Assembly (NCBI RefSeq): GCF_009914755.1
Contig: NC_060940.1
Reading direction: 5' to 3' (one strand)
DNA from: the human T2T-CHM13v2.0 reference genome, Homo sapiens
Length of the DNA stretch: 64,000 bases
A program made the position numbers and the translations under genes. Position 1 is the stretch's first letter, and each line of letters opens with the position of its first letter. Under the pieces are notes generated by a model. That model did not search any database. It was not told the origin of the DNA and saw only the letters and a list, made by a program, of their open reading frames with translations. Positions 56,993 through 64,000 of this stretch are shown piece after piece.

Positions 56993-57451
56993 AGCGCCTG
57001 GGCAGCTGCACGGCTGGCCAGGTCCCTGGGTGCCTCCAAGGGAGCGCTCTGTCCCCGCCCGACCCGGAGAAGGCTCCGCCCCTGGCTGGGCCTGCAACCC
57101 CAGCCTGGAGTCCTCGCCGATCCCCGCCCTTCTCATCACACTCCCAGCCGCATCCTCGCGTCCCAGTCACCCCACCAAACACGGTGGGGCGCTTTCCCGG
57201 GAGAGGGATTTTACTGAGCCCACTTATGGAGAACTTACCACGTGCCGAGGACCGTGCCGGTTCATCATCAGTTCCTGGAGTCCTCACTGCACAGCAGGTA
57301 CAAGCGGAGGCTGAGAGCCGCAGTCCCAATACAGATCCGCCTGATCTCAAAGCCTGCGCTCTTTATCATTGCACCAGCGGATCCCGGTGGGCTATCAGGA
57401 AATAGCGATTAATTGGTGAATTCAGTCGTTCGTTCAATAAATATTTATTAT

Positions 57452-58035
57452 GGGTCAGGTAAGTGGCTCACCTCTGTAATCCCAGCACTTTGGGAGGCCT
57501 AGGAGGAAGGATCACTTGAAACCAGGAGTTGGAGACCAGCAACATAGTGAGACCCCATCTCTACAAAAAAAAATGGCCAGGTGTGGTGATGTCCACCTGT
57601 ATTTCCAGCTACTCGCGAGGCTGAGGTGGGAGGATTGCTTGAGCCAGGAAGTCAAGGCTGCAGTGAGCTATAACTGTGCCATTGCACTCCAGCCTGGGCG
57701 ACAGAGAGAGACACACTCTCCAAAAATAAAATAAATAAATAAATATGCATGTATTTATTTTTTGAGACAGAGTTTCGATCTTGTCACCCAGGCTGGAGTG
57801 CAATGGCACTATCTTGGCTAACTGCAACCTTTGCATCCTGGGTCCAAGCAATCCTCCTCCCGAGTAGCTGGGATTAAAAATGTGGGCCAACATGCCCAGC
57901 TAATTTCTGTATTTTTAGTAGAGATGGGGCTTCACCACTTTGGCCAGGCTGGTCTCAAACTCCTGACCTCAGTTGATCCGCTCACCTCGTCCTCCCAAAG
58001 TGCTGGGATTACAGGCATAAGCCACCGCGCCCAGC
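57452..58035. mobile_element. Inverted Alu pair upstream of ERN2 (+ ~57452-57742, - ~57753-58035)
   Basis: Alu consensus on opposite strands. Confidence 0.87.
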
Positions 58036-58859
58036 CAATAAATATGCATTTATTATAAGCTATGACATGCCTGCCTGATGAACAAGATGATGAGGTCCCT
58101 GTCTTCGTAGAGCTTAGAGATTCCTATGCCTTAGATGTAAGACAACTCCGCATGGAAGGGCACCTTCTAATGGCCGTGACCACCCTTGCTCCTGGTAGAT
58201 GTCTCCGGTTTTGTTCAGAGAGGGTCTGCCAGGGTCCTTGAAGGTAAGGTCCACCCTGTTTGCAAGTTTCAACTCATTCATGTCTCCTTCATCCTTGTGT
58301 AAAAATAAAAAAAAAAAAATCCCTGCTGATTTGAGGGTCATGCAGCCCAGCTCTGCCACCTTCTCCCCGTCCTCTTTGTCATCCTTGGCCCTCCTGGTCA
58401 TCCCCTCACAGTTACTGAAAACTTGGTAGCTTGGCCCCTAGCCTTCATCTCCATCACAAATCCTGCCACTCTCCTTGGTGTCTTCAATGTCCAAGGTACA
58501 GCCTAGCCAGCATTGCAGCCTCTCAGTGGGTGTACCTCTTTGGAGACCTTATCCCCCACGCCACAACTGCACTGGGCCCTTGTCACACTCAGAACCACTT
58601 TAGTTCCAATGTCCCTTTCTCTGATTGCAGCCTCCTCTCCATGCAACGGTTTCACCCTTTCATTCTCCTTATCCCTGTGCCCTGACCTACACGGTACCTT
58701 CATCCCTCAGTCTCTCTTCCACTCTGTCAGCCCCTTCCTTGTCCTTATCCTGCTTGGACCTCCTAGCTGACCATCTGAAGGAACTACACCACTGTCTTAG
58801 GCTGGGTTGAAACAGGTTGGGATTTTTGTGAAAGTTATTTCACACTAAGCCATACCAGG

Positions 58860-60791
<1,932 letters not shown>

Positions 60792-61149
60792 ATTTCAGAC
60801 ACTAAACGAGACTGGAAAAGATTTTCCCGACTTTGAGAGGAAGGAGAACAAGAAGGGACAGGGAGAAGCTGTTCCAGGTCCCCAAGGAAGGGAGACCCAG
60901 GCCTGCAGCCCCTCCCCTCATCCAAGGAGGGGACCCCATGTGGGTTTGTGGGGTCCAAGAGCAGAGGGGTTCTGCGTTTTGCTTCCTGGGGAGAGCCTGG
61001 GAAAGCAGGAAGACTCCAGAAGAGAAGCTGCATTCTGTATTGGGGCAGAGGGGCCCGTTAGAGGGGTCCCCACTGTCCACTGTGACATGGAGACGGGTGG
61101 GGATGTTTACCACATGCCTGAGTGCCTGAGAGTGGCTTGGAGGATGGAG

Positions 61150-62430
<1,281 letters not shown>

Positions 62431-63032
62431 GGGAGGGAGGGAGGAGGGAGACTTCAGAGGGGAAGGACAGGCGATGCAGCAGAGGCCATTGGCATCTCAG
62501 GGGCCACCCGCTGGTGCAGATGGTGACCAGACCCCCATGCCCTCTTGCCTGCTGGTGCTGTGTAGCCTCCACGGAACTTAAACCCACCCTGAAAAAGGCT
62601 AGGAGGAGCCAGATGGATTGAATTTCTTCCACCTGGCACAAAGGGAGCTTAAAATAAAAGTTACATTTTATAAAGTCTATGAAGTTCTATAAGATTTTAC
62701 AAAGTTGATAAATTTTCTAAAGTTATAAAGAAATAAAATTCTGTTTCTTCCCTGCACCTCAATTTGTGCTCAAGGGCTCTGAAATCTCTAGATCTATACA
62801 CACATCAATAGCTTTTCTCATATTCTAGCAACAGAGTAGAGAAAACAGGAAGAGAAAACAAAAAATATTCCAATCATAATACCACCGAAAGGAAAATGCC
62901 TAGGAATAAATTTAAGTAGAAAGGCACAGGACCTACAGAAAGAAAACCTTAAAATCTTATGAAAGACATAAAACAAAATGTGAACAAATGTAAAGGGATG
63001 TTCCTGCATGGGAAGATCTTATATAGGGGTTA

Positions 63033-63345
<313 letters not shown>

Positions 63346-63499
63346 AAAAAGCAAACAAAAAATTTTCCCCAACAAAACAAAAAACTCCCAAAAAAACAAC
63401 AAAAAAATTCTCCCCAAATTAAAATATAAGTATAATATAATTCTTTTGATCCAAGGTTTTAAAAATTGGCTAAAATAAAGATTATATGCAAGAATGAAT

Positions 63500-63972
<473 letters not shown>

Positions 63973-64000
63973 GGAAAGGGGCTTATTTTTACTAGATATC

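Noticed and set aside
57224-57244. ERSE (CCAAT-N9-CCACG) feedback element in the ERN2 promoter
   Set aside because: CCACG is present but the CCAAT position reads TTATG; only an E-box is supported

Overview
Human genomic DNA. The gene order DCTN5 (+), PLK1 (+), ERN2 (-) matches chr16p12.2 from my recall. The window holds the last four coding exons of DCTN5 (dynactin p25) and a probable ~10 kb repeat-rich 3'UTR, the complete 10-exon PLK1 gene (603 aa) with a CpG-island CCAAT/CDE/CHR promoter, and the complete 22-exon ERN2 gene (IRE1-beta, 926 aa) convergent with PLK1. About 7 kb of Alu/L1/L2-rich ERN2 upstream sequence follows. Exon boundaries were read by hand from GT/AG sites; summed lengths give intact frames (PLK1 1812 nt, ERN2 2781 nt). 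Nearly all other ORFs in the track are Alu-derived or antisense noise, and I see no new multi-gene system. The best leads are non-coding: an SPDEF/FOXA/ATOH1-like motif cluster overlapping a candidate poison exon in ERN2 intron 1; back-to-back poly(A) signals shared by PLK1 and ERN2; a 13-copy palindromic motif array upstream of ERN2; a 23-bp duplication that makes ERN2 intron 20 in-frame; a GGTCA array in ERN2 intron 7; and cryptic splice/poly(A) signals in PLK1 and DCTN5. Repeat family names are by-eye matches with approximate boundaries.
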